A program made the translations under genes and the position numbers. From Selaginella moellendorffii (lineage: Eukaryota; Plantae; Lycopodiophyta): a stretch of 64,000 nt of DNA. A model generated the notes under the pieces. That model ran no database searches. It saw only the letters and a program-made list of their open reading frames with translations, and was not told the DNA's origin. This document shows positions 46,001 to 58,669 of this stretch, piece after piece (position 1 is the stretch's first letter; each line of letters opens with the position of its first letter). The stretch is from positions 1,336,834-1,400,833 of the forward strand of contig NW_003314305.1 in the NCBI RefSeq assembly GCF_000143415.4. The letters run 5' to 3'.

Positions 46001-48900
46001 AGCTCCAGCGCCATCGAGCAATACGTGTCCATTCCCGCCAAATTCTTCACATCTCTTCACGTCGCATGTAAGATCTCTATCTAGGCGTTGTCTTTCTTCC
46101 CCCCTAGGTCTCCATCGCCACAGCTGGCCATGATCGTCCGTGGCAGAATCCATCGCGAGGGAGAAATATTTGGATCGCCAGGGCCGGGATTTTCTTGGAT
46201 CGGCTGCTGGATTATTACAGCTTCACCTCTCTTGCGATAGTGTCGATGCATGAGCGCGTCAAGTGGATTTTCCAGCGCTGCTGTTGGCGTGATCTTCGTA
46301 CTGGTGCCTTCTCTTCTAGATATATTTGGCCAATTTGATCTGGTAAAATCTTCGTTATTAGACTGTCGAAAAATTCCACGAAGCTCCCATGCTTGCCAGC
46401 AACCACAATCCCGATGGTACCACAGAGTTTCCCAATTTGGAGGTCAAGAGCATCCTGGATCACGCTTCTATAGCACCGGATTATGTTGTTGACTGCAACC
46501 ATGTCGATGCAAAGCCCGAGCTCCTCTTTTTCATTGCATCGAAGACTTGAACTAGACAAAAAGAATAGAAACTTGTCATCATTTTATTGTAACAAGAACG
46601 ATTTTAGCTTACCAGTAGTGGATTGATTTGAGGGCTTCCTACCGCTAGAACTAGTTGCCGTGGCTGTGAATTCGGGGGCGAGATAGTGGAAGCTCGGCTT
46701 GTTCCTGCAAAAGGAACTTCATACGTAAGTTAGAAGGCATCTTACCAATTTGCTGGAGCTGCCGGAGCTCGATCCGGATTCTCAGCTGATAGATGACAGG
46801 GATTAGTGACGAGCCACAACTATAAATCGGCATTTCTGGGTCCGTAAGTGATGCTCGCTCCATCATAAGGGTACTGAAGATTGAAATCTCAAGTCAAGCT
46901 CCACCATGACTTGTGAGGCAACTGCAAATTTCGTCTTCCAGCACTGCACGAGATCACGCTTTTTCATTTTTAATCACAAAAAACTCTCCGCTGTTTGGAG
47001 AGACGAGTACTAGCTCTTGCAATTGGACGCAGTGGAACAGCCACACTTGACTATCTGTTAAGGTGGCCCGCATGCTGAAGATTTTGTGTGATTGGATTTT
47101 GTTTCCTTGTGTGATTGGATTAAGCTGCTTTTGAATTCTGCAGGGCAAGCTCACGGGAAGAAGCCACTCTGGGCCAAATCACTAATCTTGGACCTCGCAG
47201 AAGCATGCGACAAAATCAGAATCCCACTTTGATGTGCTGCTGCTGAAATATTCAAAGAGACCAAGAGGTAGACTAAATATGGTTTTGTTTCAGACAGGAT
47301 AACGAGGACTGAGAAAGTTTTTTTTGTCACTTTTAATTTTTTTCTCCTTCTTTCTCCTTCAGATGGCCAAGTGCTAGAAGCTTTAAGAAATTTCTGGTCA
47401 CCGGATGTTGATTGGCAAACATTGTGTGTCTGGTAAGAACACCGCGACAGAGTTGGAGCGATGATTGACGATTCCAACAAGAGAGGCATACAGCCCTCCA
47501 AATAAAGGATTGCTGTGATTTTATAACTGGGAAGGTGGCCATGATTGATGAACTAAGTGGGCTACACAGCAAAGGATCTGCCAGTGCCATATGAAGGTAG
47601 TGTGGCGACTCATGGGAAATTTTTCCCTCGGGATGCAAAAGGTGTGAGGGCTTTGATCGTCTTTATTGTTGACGAGGATAACGACGAAGCCATGGACGTG
47701 AGGGCGGAAAGGGTATGTTATGCGCTATGGCATTTTGTTTTCCACTTTTTAATTTTTTTCTCTTTTAGGTGTCTGAGGATGGCCAAGTGCTAGAAGCTGT
47801 AAGACATTTCTGGTCACCGGATGATGATTGGCAAACATTGTGTGTCTGGCAAGAACACCACGACAGAGCTGAAGCGATGATCGATGATTCCATCAAGAGA
47901 GGCGAGATTCTTTTGTGCTAAAATGCTATTACTCTCTAGAAAACGTCTAAAACATATTCTCCTTCTACCATATTGGTAAGAGAAGTTCTTCGAAAATTTC
48001 AGCAGCAGCAACTCAAAGTGGGATTTAACATTTGAATATGGATAAATATCTGGCTCCACCGCAGTGTGGATCATTGTCACATGCTTCTGCGGGGGCATCT
48101 TCTTCCATTGCCTTCTAATCCTCTTGCCGCGCCCTAAACTTTGAATCAGTGCCTTGGCGGCACGCTGACGTGGCAGCAATGAATGCATCCTCTTCAGAAA
48201 TCGAGCATATCCCCTTCCCTTCCCGCCTAAATTCGCCCTAGTCGTGCCCAAGTATCTTTGGTATATTCTCCGCATCTTTAACTTCACGGCCAGCAGAACA
48301 CCGAGGGAGAAGAAGATCTCTGCCTAGGGTTTTACAGATCGATCGATAGATTTCTAGGCGCTTGGCAGCATTGAGAAATCATCCACAAGGTACATTCTTT
48401 CTTCCCTTGCTAGGTCGCCATCGCCATAGTTCACCAGGATTGTCTAGATCTGCAGCAGAATCCAGCGCGGGATTGATCGCTCAGGCTCTCTAGGCCGGGA
48501 TTTCTTGGACTGGATGCTGGATTATCACGGCTTCACCTCTTTTGCAATAGCATCGATGCATGAGCGCGTGGAAGCGACTGTTCCAGCGGTGCTGTTGGCG
48601 TGATCGTCGTATTGGAGAGCGTGGTTCTCATCCACCAGCTGAGAATCCGGGCAGGCAGGGTAGATCGAGCTCCCACGGCTCCAGAAAATTGGTAAGCTAT
48701 CTTCTAACTTATAGATCGACGTGCATAACTCATGAAGCTCCTCTTGTAGGAAGGAACAAGCCGAGCTTCCACTATCTCGCCGCCAAATCCACAGCCAACT
48801 GTGACTAGTTCTAGCAGAGGAAAGCATTGGTACGTTCTTCTTTTAAACTGGGAACTGACAAGTTTCTATCCAGTTCTTAGTTCCAGACGCTAGACTTCGA
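43023..48900. repeat. Mosaic of gene-like fragments of unknown family, repeated in direct and inverted orientation at 52-58 kb and 61-64 kb
   Basis: e.g. 43060-43520 direct to 53630-54100; 44800-45170 direct to 62815-63180; 45800-47490 largely direct to 56574-58235. Confidence 0.7.
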
Positions 48901-48947
48901 AAGAGAGAAGAGAGAATCTGGACATTCTCAAGCCCGAGATCATTGAC

Positions 48948-51900
48948 ATGGTTGTCAAGAAGATGAAGCATAACACATATCTCTCGCTCGAGTTCTTTAC
49001 GCTGGCCATGAGAATCTCCAGCTTCCGGCACGACGTGGTGATGGTCATGATCCTTGGAGTCGATGGCAACTATTTCATGGCGATCACAGACATGCCCCGT
49101 GGAAACGATCTCTACGTGAAGACGAAGTATGACAGGAAGCTGCGGCCTTCACCTCGTCCCAGACAGCAAAAAGTCCCCGAAGCAGGCTTGGATAGGTTCA
49201 GCATGGTAGCAGTCCAACACCAGCTCGGGAGGAAGACTTACACAGCCGACGAGCAGGAAGGCAACTACGTGGATCTGATAATGAGTCACAAGCAGTACAG
49301 GCAGGAGCTCCATCTTCACAGAGGGAAGAAGCAGTGGAACGTCCGTGCAGTCAGGGACAAGTTTCTGGTCTACGAGACATTTCCTCCCGCGAGTGACACT
49401 GGTGATGATCCTCTGGTGCTTTGCGGTCGCGACAAGATCGCCATTGTTCAGCCATTGTCAGTAACAGTGAACAACCAGGCGAAGAATGTCTCATGGAACT
49501 CGTTGGGCTTGCAGGAATGCAAAGAAGAAACAGAGAACTATATGGTGGCGAGCAGTAAGGAGGGTCAGCCGGGTTTAGTTCCAGGCAAAGGAGCTCTAGT
49601 CGTCCACAAGACTGTGAAGAAAGGAGGAGGGAGCTGGAGCTTCAAGACGGTTGCGAAGCTGGATAACAGGCTCAAGGCTGGGATAACGCACCCCTACCAG
49701 CTCTGCGTGTTTCTCAAGAATGCCTCTCTCTCACTCAAACTCTTTACGTGGGCCAAGACAATGCAGCACGACCTGGTGATGATCATGATCCTGCCCGACT
49801 ATCTCATGGTGATCACAGAACTGCCCCGTGACGACGATCTCTACGTGAAGACGAAGCATGGTAGGAAGCTCGGGCCACCACCTTGTAGTCGAGAGCAGGA
49901 ACTCGCAGACCACCAAGCAGGTTTCAGTGTGGCAGCACTCCACCACCAGCTCGGGAAGAAGACTTACACAACCGAAGAGCAGGAAAGCAATTGCGTGGAT
50001 CCAATCCTGAGTCACAAGGAATACGGGCGGAAGCTCTACCTTCATAGTGGGAAGGAGCAATGGAACGTCCATGCAGTCGAGGACAAGTTTCTGGACTACG
50101 AGACAGTGAGCGACAGCGATGATGATCCTCTGGAGCTTTGCGGTCGCAACAAGTTCGTCAGTGGTCAGCCTTTGTCAGTAACAGTGGACAACCAGGCGAC
50201 GAAGGTCTCCTTGTCATGGAACTCGTTTCCAGTGTGGAGCTTGCGAGAAGGAACAGAAGAAACGGGGAACTATATGGTGCTGAGCAGTAAGGTGGTGCTA
50301 CCAGGTTTACTTCCAGGCAAAGGAGCTCTAGTCTCCAATGCTTTGTGTGAGATTGTGAAGGAAGGAGGAGGGAGCTGGAGGTCCGAGATAGTTGAGAAGC
50401 TGGACAGGCTCAAGCGCGGGAAAACGCACCCCCACCAGGTCTGCGTTGCTCTCAAGAAGATGAAACACGATGCATCTCTCAGGCTCTCTACGTGGGCCAA
50501 GACGATCCCTGGCTCAAAGCACGACTTGGTAAACTACTGCACGATGATCATGATCTTGGGAGATGACGGCGACTATCTCATGCGGGAGGCACTCTTCATT
50601 GATCTCCAGGAGCTCGGGCTTTGCATCGACACGTTCGCAGTGAACAACATGATCCCCTGCTACACAAGAGTGAACCGGATCCAGGAAGCTGTCGACCTCT
50701 ACAGAAAGATACCATACTTTTCAGACAATTGCATCCCCGGCCTCCTCGTCGACTGGTGCAGCACTGGTCTCCAGGGAAACAATAAGATGGCAGTTCCAGA
50801 CAGCGGCACGCTAGTCTTGAATGCTTTCTATGAGGCAATGGAAGAGGGAGGAGGGAGCTGGGACTTTGAGACGGCTGAAAATCTAGACAGACTTAAGCGT
50901 GGGATCAACATGGTTCTCAAGAAGCTCCAGCACGATGCATCTCTTGCACTCGAGCTCTTTATCCTGGCCAAGACGATCCCTGGTTTCCAGCATGACCTGG
51001 CCAACTACTCAACGATGATCATGATCCTGGGAAACGCTGGTAACTATCTCATGGCCAAGGCACTCTTCACTGAGATTCAGGAGCTCGGGCTTTGCATCGA
51101 CATGGTTGCAGCCAACAACATAATCCGCTGCTACACAAGCGTGATCCAGGATGCTCTTGACCTCCAAATTGGGAAACTCTGTGGTACCATCGGGATTGCG
51201 GTTGCTGGCAAGCATGGGAGCTTCGTGGTATTTTTCGACAGTCTCGTAACGAAGATTGCATCAGATCAAATTGGCCAACTATATCTAGAAGAGAAGGACA
51301 GGGAATACCAGAAAGTGACTGTGATTCGTGACGAGCCACAACTACAAATCGGCATTGTTGGGTCCGTAAGTGATGCTCGCTGCATCATAATGGTACTGAA
51401 GATTGAGATGTCAAGTCAGGCTCAGCATGGAGTCACCATGACTTGTGAGGCAGCTGCAAATTTCGTCTTCCAGCGCTGCGTGGCTGATGAGCACTGTACG
51501 AGATCAAGCTTTTTCATTTTTGACAACAAGAAACTCTTCGCTGTTAAGAGAGACAACACGCGCCAGTACCAGCTCTTGCAATTGGACGCAGTGGAACAGC
51601 CGTTTTTGACTATCGGTTCTGGTGGCCCGCATGCCGAAGGTATTCTGCGAGATCCACGGCCAGGTGTGGTTGGATTTTGTTTCCTTGAGATTGGATTAAG
51701 CTGCTTTTGAATTCTGCAGGGCAAGCTCACGGGAAGAAAGCCACTCTGGGCCAAATCACTAATCTTGGGCTCGATGCCCTCGCAGAAGCATGCGACAATG
51801 ATCCACATTGCGGCGGAGACAAATATTATGCATATTCAAATGTTAAATCCCACTTTGATGAGCTGTTGCTGAAATTTGCGAAGAAGAACTTCTCTTACCA

Positions 51901-51952
51901 ATATGCGAGAAGAAAGAGACCGAGAGGTAAACTAAACATGGCTTTGTTTTAG
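48948..51952 (+). CDS. Chimeric gene: tandem partial repeats of the PPR-SMR N-terminal region fused to a proteasome-beta-like Ntn-hydrolase domain (exons 48948-51663, 51720-51952)
   Basis: 920-codon uninterrupted ORF; recurring DLYVKTK..RKL / KHDASL..LF..AKTIPG..HDL..MIMILG units; C-terminus G-T-IGIAVAG..DS..QKV..GSVSD..TIGSGGPHAEGIL; a 56-nt GT-AG intron restores frame to ..ALAEACDNDPHCGG. Confidence 0.65.
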
Positions 51953-51977
51953 ACATTTTCTAAGGAGTAATAGCATT

Positions 51978-52995
51978 TTAGCACAAAAGAATCTCGCCTC
52001 TCTTGATGGAATCATCGATCATCGCTTCAGCTCTGTCGTAGTGTTCTTGCCAGACACACAATGTTTGCCAATCAACATCCGGTGACCAGAAATTTCTTAC
52101 AGCTTCTAGCACTTGGCCATCCTCAGACACCTAAAAGAGAAAAAAATTAAAAAAGTGGAAAACAAAAGCCATAGCATACCCTTTCCGCCCTCACGTCCAT
52201 GGCTTCGTCGTTATCCTCGTCAACAATAAAGACGATCAAAGCCCTCACACCTTTTGCATCCCGAGGGAAAAATTTCCCATGAGTCGCCACACTACCTTCA
52301 TATGGCACTGGCAAATCCTTTGCTGTGTAGCTCAAGAGGTAGTACTCTCGCCCACTTAGTTCATCAATCATGGCCACCTTCCCAATTATAAAATCGCCCT
52401 TATAATTCTTGACCATGGCTTCCATCATCTGCCTGGCAATCGCCTCCATCGCGACCTCGACCTAAAACAATGCCTGGACAGCAATCCTTTATTTGGAGGG
52501 CTTGCATCCAAAAGTGACTTACTCCCGGAATATTCTACAGCAGTCCTTTATTTGGAGGGTTGCATCTTCATTAAAATAAAATCATCAAAACAGCTTACTA
52601 TAATCCGTTGGTCTCATGTTTTCTTGGTGGGCGCTGCAAGACCTTATAAACAATTAATGAATGAATGAATGAAAACAGTGTTGGCTATGTTTCAGAATTT
52701 GTCCAACATTGAATCCAGTTTTCAAGAAGCTCAAATAAGCCACCAGCTCCAGAGCTACACTTTCGGTGTCTTTGCCTACGTTCCAGCGCCTGGATACAAG
52801 GACATAGGAGTGGACTTTAACTCCGCCCGAGTTTAAGGTACACACTCTCCGCTTGTTTGCCAAAAGAAGTGTCAATGCATAGTATTGCTTAAGTCCCATC
52901 AGAGACCAGGCCAAGAAGCAAAGCGAATCACCGTGTATTATAGCGTTGTGAGCATTGCAAGGCTTCCCGGCAGCATCTAACAAGGATTTAGCCAT
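51978..52995 (-). CDS. Multi-exon hypothetical protein gene, convergent with the chimeric gene; inverted copy at ~63420-64000, fragments at 47.3-47.9 kb
   Basis: ORF 52449-52180 splices over a 49-nt GT-AG intron (52179-52131) in frame to a 153-nt last exon (VSEDGQVLEAVRNFWSPDVDWQ...GEILLC*); 5' exons uncertain. Confidence 0.45.
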
Positions 52996-55610
52996 GCCAT
53001 TTCTGTAACCTGAGAATTAAAGTCATTACAGACTTTCCAGGCAATTGCGTCTCCAGCCTCCCATCGACTGGTGAAACGCTACTCTTTAGGAAACAGTGAG
53101 GTGGCAGTTGCAGCAGAGGGAATGGGACTCTGAGACGGCTGAAATCTGGACAGACTTAAGCGTTGGATCAACATGGTTCTCAAGAAGCTCGAGCACAATG
53201 CATCGCTTGGGCTAGTGAAGGCTTCAACTCCGTTCCCCGAGTCCAACGTACACACTCTAAGATCTCGTTGTCTTTTCATAGCAGTTTGCAGACGAATTTC
53301 TATCCGGGACTGCAAGCTCATCACCCTGCTTACAAGCATACAGCAAGGGAAAGCGGTGGAATCCAAGTATCTCACGTATGTCAAAGTAAGTCGCTCGAAA
53401 AGCTTACAAGAAGAGCGTAACACTTTTTATGCATAGGTACATAGGTAGTAGGATACATCGATGTCGATGGTGGGGTTGTGACGAGGATTTGATAGCTGAG
53501 AGCAGTGGTACGATGCAAATGTCTCAATTCCAGGCTGCGATAAAGAAATCTTTTTTCGCTTTCATTTATTTTTCGTGCTGCTGTGGGGATACATACGATC
53601 AGTGCAGCTTTCCAGGTCTTTCTGGTTCTGTTCTATTCGCGTAGCACGCTGCGATTTTTTTATAATGTACCTCTTACGAGCAGCTGAGCATTCATGTCCA
53701 GGTGCTAAGCTTGTGGCGGAATGTACACGAGTGAAGCCTTGCACGTCCCTTCCTTATAGGTCTCTGTCTATTTTGGATAGAAACTTCTTTCCTTCTTTTG
53801 TTAAGTGTAGTTCTTCCATTCCATCTGAAGACCCTCTGAAGTGACATGACTACCGGCTGCTTGGAAAACCTTGATGAAACTTATGAGCACGAAAGAGTCG
53901 CTTCACAATGCCATGGTCCTCGTAATGAGGATCGACAAAGACACCGCAATTTCGAGGTAGTGGAAACTTTATTTTCTGGTTACTGAATTCGTTAGCCATG
54001 TGCTGGCCACAAAGTTTGCTCGCCTTATAATAGATCACTTCAATTTATTGTGGATCTATTAAGTGAAGCATTCAGCAAACTATGTAAGCTGCACAGCTCT
54101 AAAACAAAACCATATTAAGTTACCTCATCAAAGTGGGATTCTGATTTTGTCGCATGCTTCTGCGAGGTCCAAGATTAGTGATTTGGCCCAGAGTGGCTTC
54201 TTCCCGTGAGCTTGCCCTGCAGAATTCAAAAGCAGCTTAATCCAATCACACAAAATCTTCGGCATGCGGGCCACCTTAACAGATAGTCAAGTGTGGCTGT
54301 TCCACTGCGTCCAATTGCAAGAGCTAGTACTCGTCTCTCCTTACAGCGGAGAGTTTTTTGTGATTAAAAATGAAAAAGCGTGATCTCGTGCAGTGCTGGA
54401 AGACGAAATTTGCAGTTGCCTCACAAGTCATGGTGGAGCTTGACTTGAGATTTCAATCTTCAGTACCCTTATGATGGAGCGAGCATCACTTACGGACCCA
54501 GCAATGCCGATTTATAGTTGTGGCTCGTCACGAATCCCTGTCCTTCTCTTCTAGATATATTTGGCCAATTGGATCTGGTAAAATCTTCGTTATGAGACTG
54601 TCGAAAAATTCCACGAAGCTCCCATGCTTGCCAGCAACCAGAATCCCGATGGTACCACAGAGTTTCCCAGTTTGGAGGTCAAGAGCATCCTGGATCACGC
54701 TTCTATAGCACCGGATTATGTTGTTGACTGCAACCATGTCGATGCAAAGCCCGAGCTCCTCTTTTTCATTGCATCGAAGACTTGAACTAGACAAAAAGAA
54801 TAGAAACTTGTCATCATTTTATTGTAAGAAGAACGATTTTAGCTTACCAGTAGTGGATTGATTTGAGGGCTTCCTACCGCTAGAACTATTTGCAGTGGCT
54901 GTGAATTCGAGGGCGAGATAGTGGAAGCTCGGCTTGTTCCTGCTTCATACGTAAGTTAGAAGGCATCTTACCAATTTGCTGGAGTGCCGGAGCTCGATCC
55001 GGATTCTCAGCTGATAGATGAGAACCAAGTTCACCAGTACGACGATCACGCCAACAGCGCTGGAAAATCCACTTGACGCGCTCATGCATCGACACTATCG
55101 CAAGAGAGGTGAAGCCGTAATAATCCAGCAGCCGATCCAAGAAAATCCCGGCCCTGGCGATCCAAATATTTCTCCCTCGCCACGGACGATCATGGCCAGC
55201 TGTGGCGATGGAGACCTAGGGGGGAAGAAAGACAACGCCTAGATAGAGATCTTCCTAGATAGAGATCTTACATGCGACGTGAAGAGATGCGAAGAATATA
55301 CCAGAGATACTTGTGAATAGGCGGGAATGGACACGTATTGCTCGATGGCGCTGGAGCTCAAGATCCGTCTTTCTTGGATTCCAGCGCAAGAGGAATTTGT
55401 GGCTTATGAACTCGATCATATAAGTAGATCTTTCCTAGAACGAGCTGTGCTCTTTTCCTGGAATTTTCTGTTCAGGAAGTACAAGCGCAATGTTTTGCCA
55501 CTACTCCCAGGACATCGCATTAAGGTCACGAAAAAGGTTTCACTTTCACTTGTTTTGTTTTGGGCATTTTCAAATGCCAGATTTAAATTGCAAAAAAAAT
55601 AAAAAAAATT

Positions 55611-56573
55611 GCTGCGCGTTGCGTTGCAGCAACGCTTGGTTTGCTTTTGTTTTTAAATATTTTTTATTATGATATATAATTTGTTATGATCTGTCCAATA
55701 TGCAGGTGCTATTCCTGCTTTTGTATATATTATATCTTTTATCCATATATGATCTATTAATTTATTATTACGTGTATTGTGTTTTATCCTTCTTTCTCCA
55801 TTATTGTTTGAAGTGGTTTTACTTCTTCTATTTGGTAGTCAATATTAAAATCTCCTGTAGTTATTACTGGTTTTTTATTATCTATTTTCTGTATATATTT
55901 TTGTAGTTGTTTTATGAATATATGTATATTTGTTCCAGGTTTTCTATGTAAATTTATTATCTGTAATTGTTTTTTATTTTTTTCTAGTGATACATATGAC
56001 ATTGCCATTGTTTCTGTTTTTAAATGTTCTACTATTTCTGATTTGTAGTCATTTGTATGCAACATTGTTCATGTATATATGATTTATATTTATTAAAATA
56101 TAAATCCTCATGTTTTTGTGTTCTTACTTCTTGCATACATATTATATCTGATGTTAATAATTGTGAATCACTCTTTATATCTTCTTGATGTGCAGTAATA
56201 GATCTTGTATTTGGAACTTGTATAATTGTTTGGTTAGCTGTTTTTTCTTCTTGTAAATCTATTAAATCAATTTGCCATGGTGCTTCTGTTGTCATTCTTA
56301 TTATTTCTTTAGCTGCATCTTTATTGATTTTAATATGTTTATGTTCAATTGGTCTATATAAATGTATCCCTTTTAGTGTTTGTGCTCTTGATAATGTGGT
56401 ATATGCTTGTCTTGGATATTTTGTTTTATATGGGTCATATCCTAATTGCATAACTGTTGATCCTTGTGCTCTATGTCCTGCACATGGTTGTAATGGAAAT
56501 TGGGTTCTACTTATAACATTGTTTTTATTTTTAGTAATATTTATTGTTCTTGTTTTTTTTTTTATTGGTGTCC
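55611..56573 (-). mobile_element. 5'-truncated Helentron/Helitron2-type rolling-circle element fragment (PIF1 helicase C-terminus + AP/EEP endonuclease)
   Basis: RTQFPL..HRAQGST..QAYTTLSRA (PIF1 motifs V/VI), then NTRS, DIICMQE, GDFN, LIDHIW (~55743-55760) and YWTDH (~55686-55700); palindrome GCGTTGC-A-GCAACGC at 55621-55635; strongly AT-rich; empty site at ~45720-45830. Confidence 0.8.
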
Positions 56574-57359
56574 GTGAAACCTTTTTTCGTGACCTTAATG
56601 CGATGTCCTGGGAGTAGTGGCAAAACATTGCGCTTGTACTACCTGAACAAAAAATTCCAGGAAAAGAGCACAGCTCGTTCTAGGAGAAGATCTACTCATA
56701 TGATCGAGTTCATAAGCCACAAATTCCTCTTGCGCTGATTGTCCCTCGGAATCCAAGAAAGACGGATCTCGAGCTCCAGCGCCATCGAGCAATACGTGTC
56801 CATTCCCGCCAAATTCTTCGCATCTCTTCACGTCGCATGTAAGATCTCTATCTAGGCGTTGTCTTTCTTCCCCCCTAGGTCTCCATCGCCACAGCTGGCA
56901 TGATCGTCCGTGGCAGAATCCATCGCGAAGGAGAAATATTTGGATCGCCAGGGCCGGGATTTTCTTGGATCGGCTGCTGGATTATTACGGCTTCACCTCT
57001 CTTGCGATAGTGTCGATGCATGAGCGGGTCAAGTGGATTTTCCAGCGCTGCTGTTGGCGTGATCTTCGTACTGGTGAACTTGGTTCTCATCTATCAGCTG
57101 AGAATCCGGATCGAGCTCCGGCAGCTCCAGCAAATTGGTAAGATGCCTTCTAACTTACGTATGAAGTTCCTTTTGCAGGAACAAGCCGAGCTTCCACTAT
57201 CTCGCCCCCGAATTCACAGCCACGGCAACTAGTTCTAGCGGTAGGAAGCCCTCAAATCAATCCACTACTGGTAAGCTAAAAAATTTCTTCTTACAATAAA
57301 ATGATGACAAGTTTCTATTCTTTTTGTCTAGTTCAAGTCTTCGATGCAATGAAAAAGAG

Positions 57360-57970
57360 GAGCTCGGGCTTTGCATCGACATGGTTGCAGTCAACAACAT
57401 AATCCGGTGCTATAGAAGCGTGATCCAGGATGCTCTTGACCTCCAAATTGGGAAACTCTGTGGTACCATCGGGATTGTGGTTGCTGGCAAGCATGGGAGC
57501 TTCGTGGAATTTTTCGACAGTCTCATAACGAAGATTTTACCAGATCAAATTGGCCAAATATATCTAGAAGAGAAGGACAGGGATTCGTGACGAGCCACAA
57601 CTATAAATCGGCATTGCTGGGTCCGTAAGTGATGCTCGCTCCATCATAAGGGTACTGAAGATTGAAATCTCAAGTCAAGCTCCACCATGACTTGTGAGGC
57701 AACTGCAAATTTCGTCTTCCAGCACTGCACGAGATCACGCTTTTTCATTTTTAATCACAAAAAACTCTCCGCTGTTTGGAGAGACGAGTACTAGCTCTTG
57801 CAATTGGACGCAGTGGAACAGCCACACTTGACTATCTGTTAAGGTGGCCCGCATGCCGAAGATTTTGTGTGATTGGATTAAGCTGCTTTTGAATTCTGCA
57901 GGGCAAGCTCACGGGAAGAAGCCACTCTGGGCCAAATCACTAATCTTGGACCTCGCAGAAGCATGCGACA
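57360..57970 (+). pseudogene. Broken copy of the PPR/proteasome-beta-like 3' part (others at ~54140-54760 (-) and ~46307-47220)
   Basis: ELGLCIDMVAVNNIIRCY..LQIGKLCGTIGIVVAGKHGSF then deletion and stop. Confidence 0.75.
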
Positions 57971-58669
57971 AAATCAGAATCCCACTTTGATGTGCTGCTG
58001 CTGAAATATTCAAAGAGACCAAGAGGTAGACTAAATATGGTTTTGTTTTAGACAGGATAACGAGTTTTTTTTGTCACTTTTAATTTTTTTCTCCTTCTTT
58101 CTCCTTCAGATGGCCAAGTGCTAAAAGCTTTAAGAAATTTCTGGTCACCGGATGTTGATTGGCAAACATGGTGTGTCTGGTAAGAACACCGCGACAGAGT
58201 TGAAGCGATGATTGACGATTCCAACAAGAGAGGCATATAAGTGATTAAAACAAGAAAGTATTTTATAATTTTAAATTAGAAATAAAACTTTTAAACTTTA
58301 GTGAGGTATTATTTAAATTTATAGAAACATATAATACATAGTAAGTTATGTGGTATTATATTTTTCCTCATCTTTTTAATTTTTAATTTTAACTTGAAGT
58401 AAACAAATACATTATTCACTCCAACATATATTTTTCCCAGCAAAGCTGGGATCTTTACTAGTCTTTTTACATATCAACTATTAAATTAAGAAGTGTTTAG
58501 AAAAGTTTATAATTTATAAACATTATACATACAAGATTTATCCCAAAATATTCAAGTATATTTTAGATATAGCAATTAACATGGTATAGGACTTGGTGAA
58601 TGTAAAACATGCCTAAGAAAGAGCTACATAATATATCAAATAATCAGTCTCTATTATCCATACTATATA

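Larger units (their letters stand above)
54126..57992. repeat. Inverted repeat: arms ~54126-55560 and ~56574-57992 around a ~1-kb spacer
   Basis: Arm ends read as reverse complements; ORFs 54528-54794(-) and 57324-57590(+) are near-identical. Confidence 0.88.

Noticed and set aside
457-51952. SHPRH E3 + proteasome-beta-like domain + protease inhibitors as one proteolysis pathway cluster
   Set aside because: Compartments differ (nuclear versus secreted) and extra SHPRH copies are dead; adjacency is explained by duplication history.
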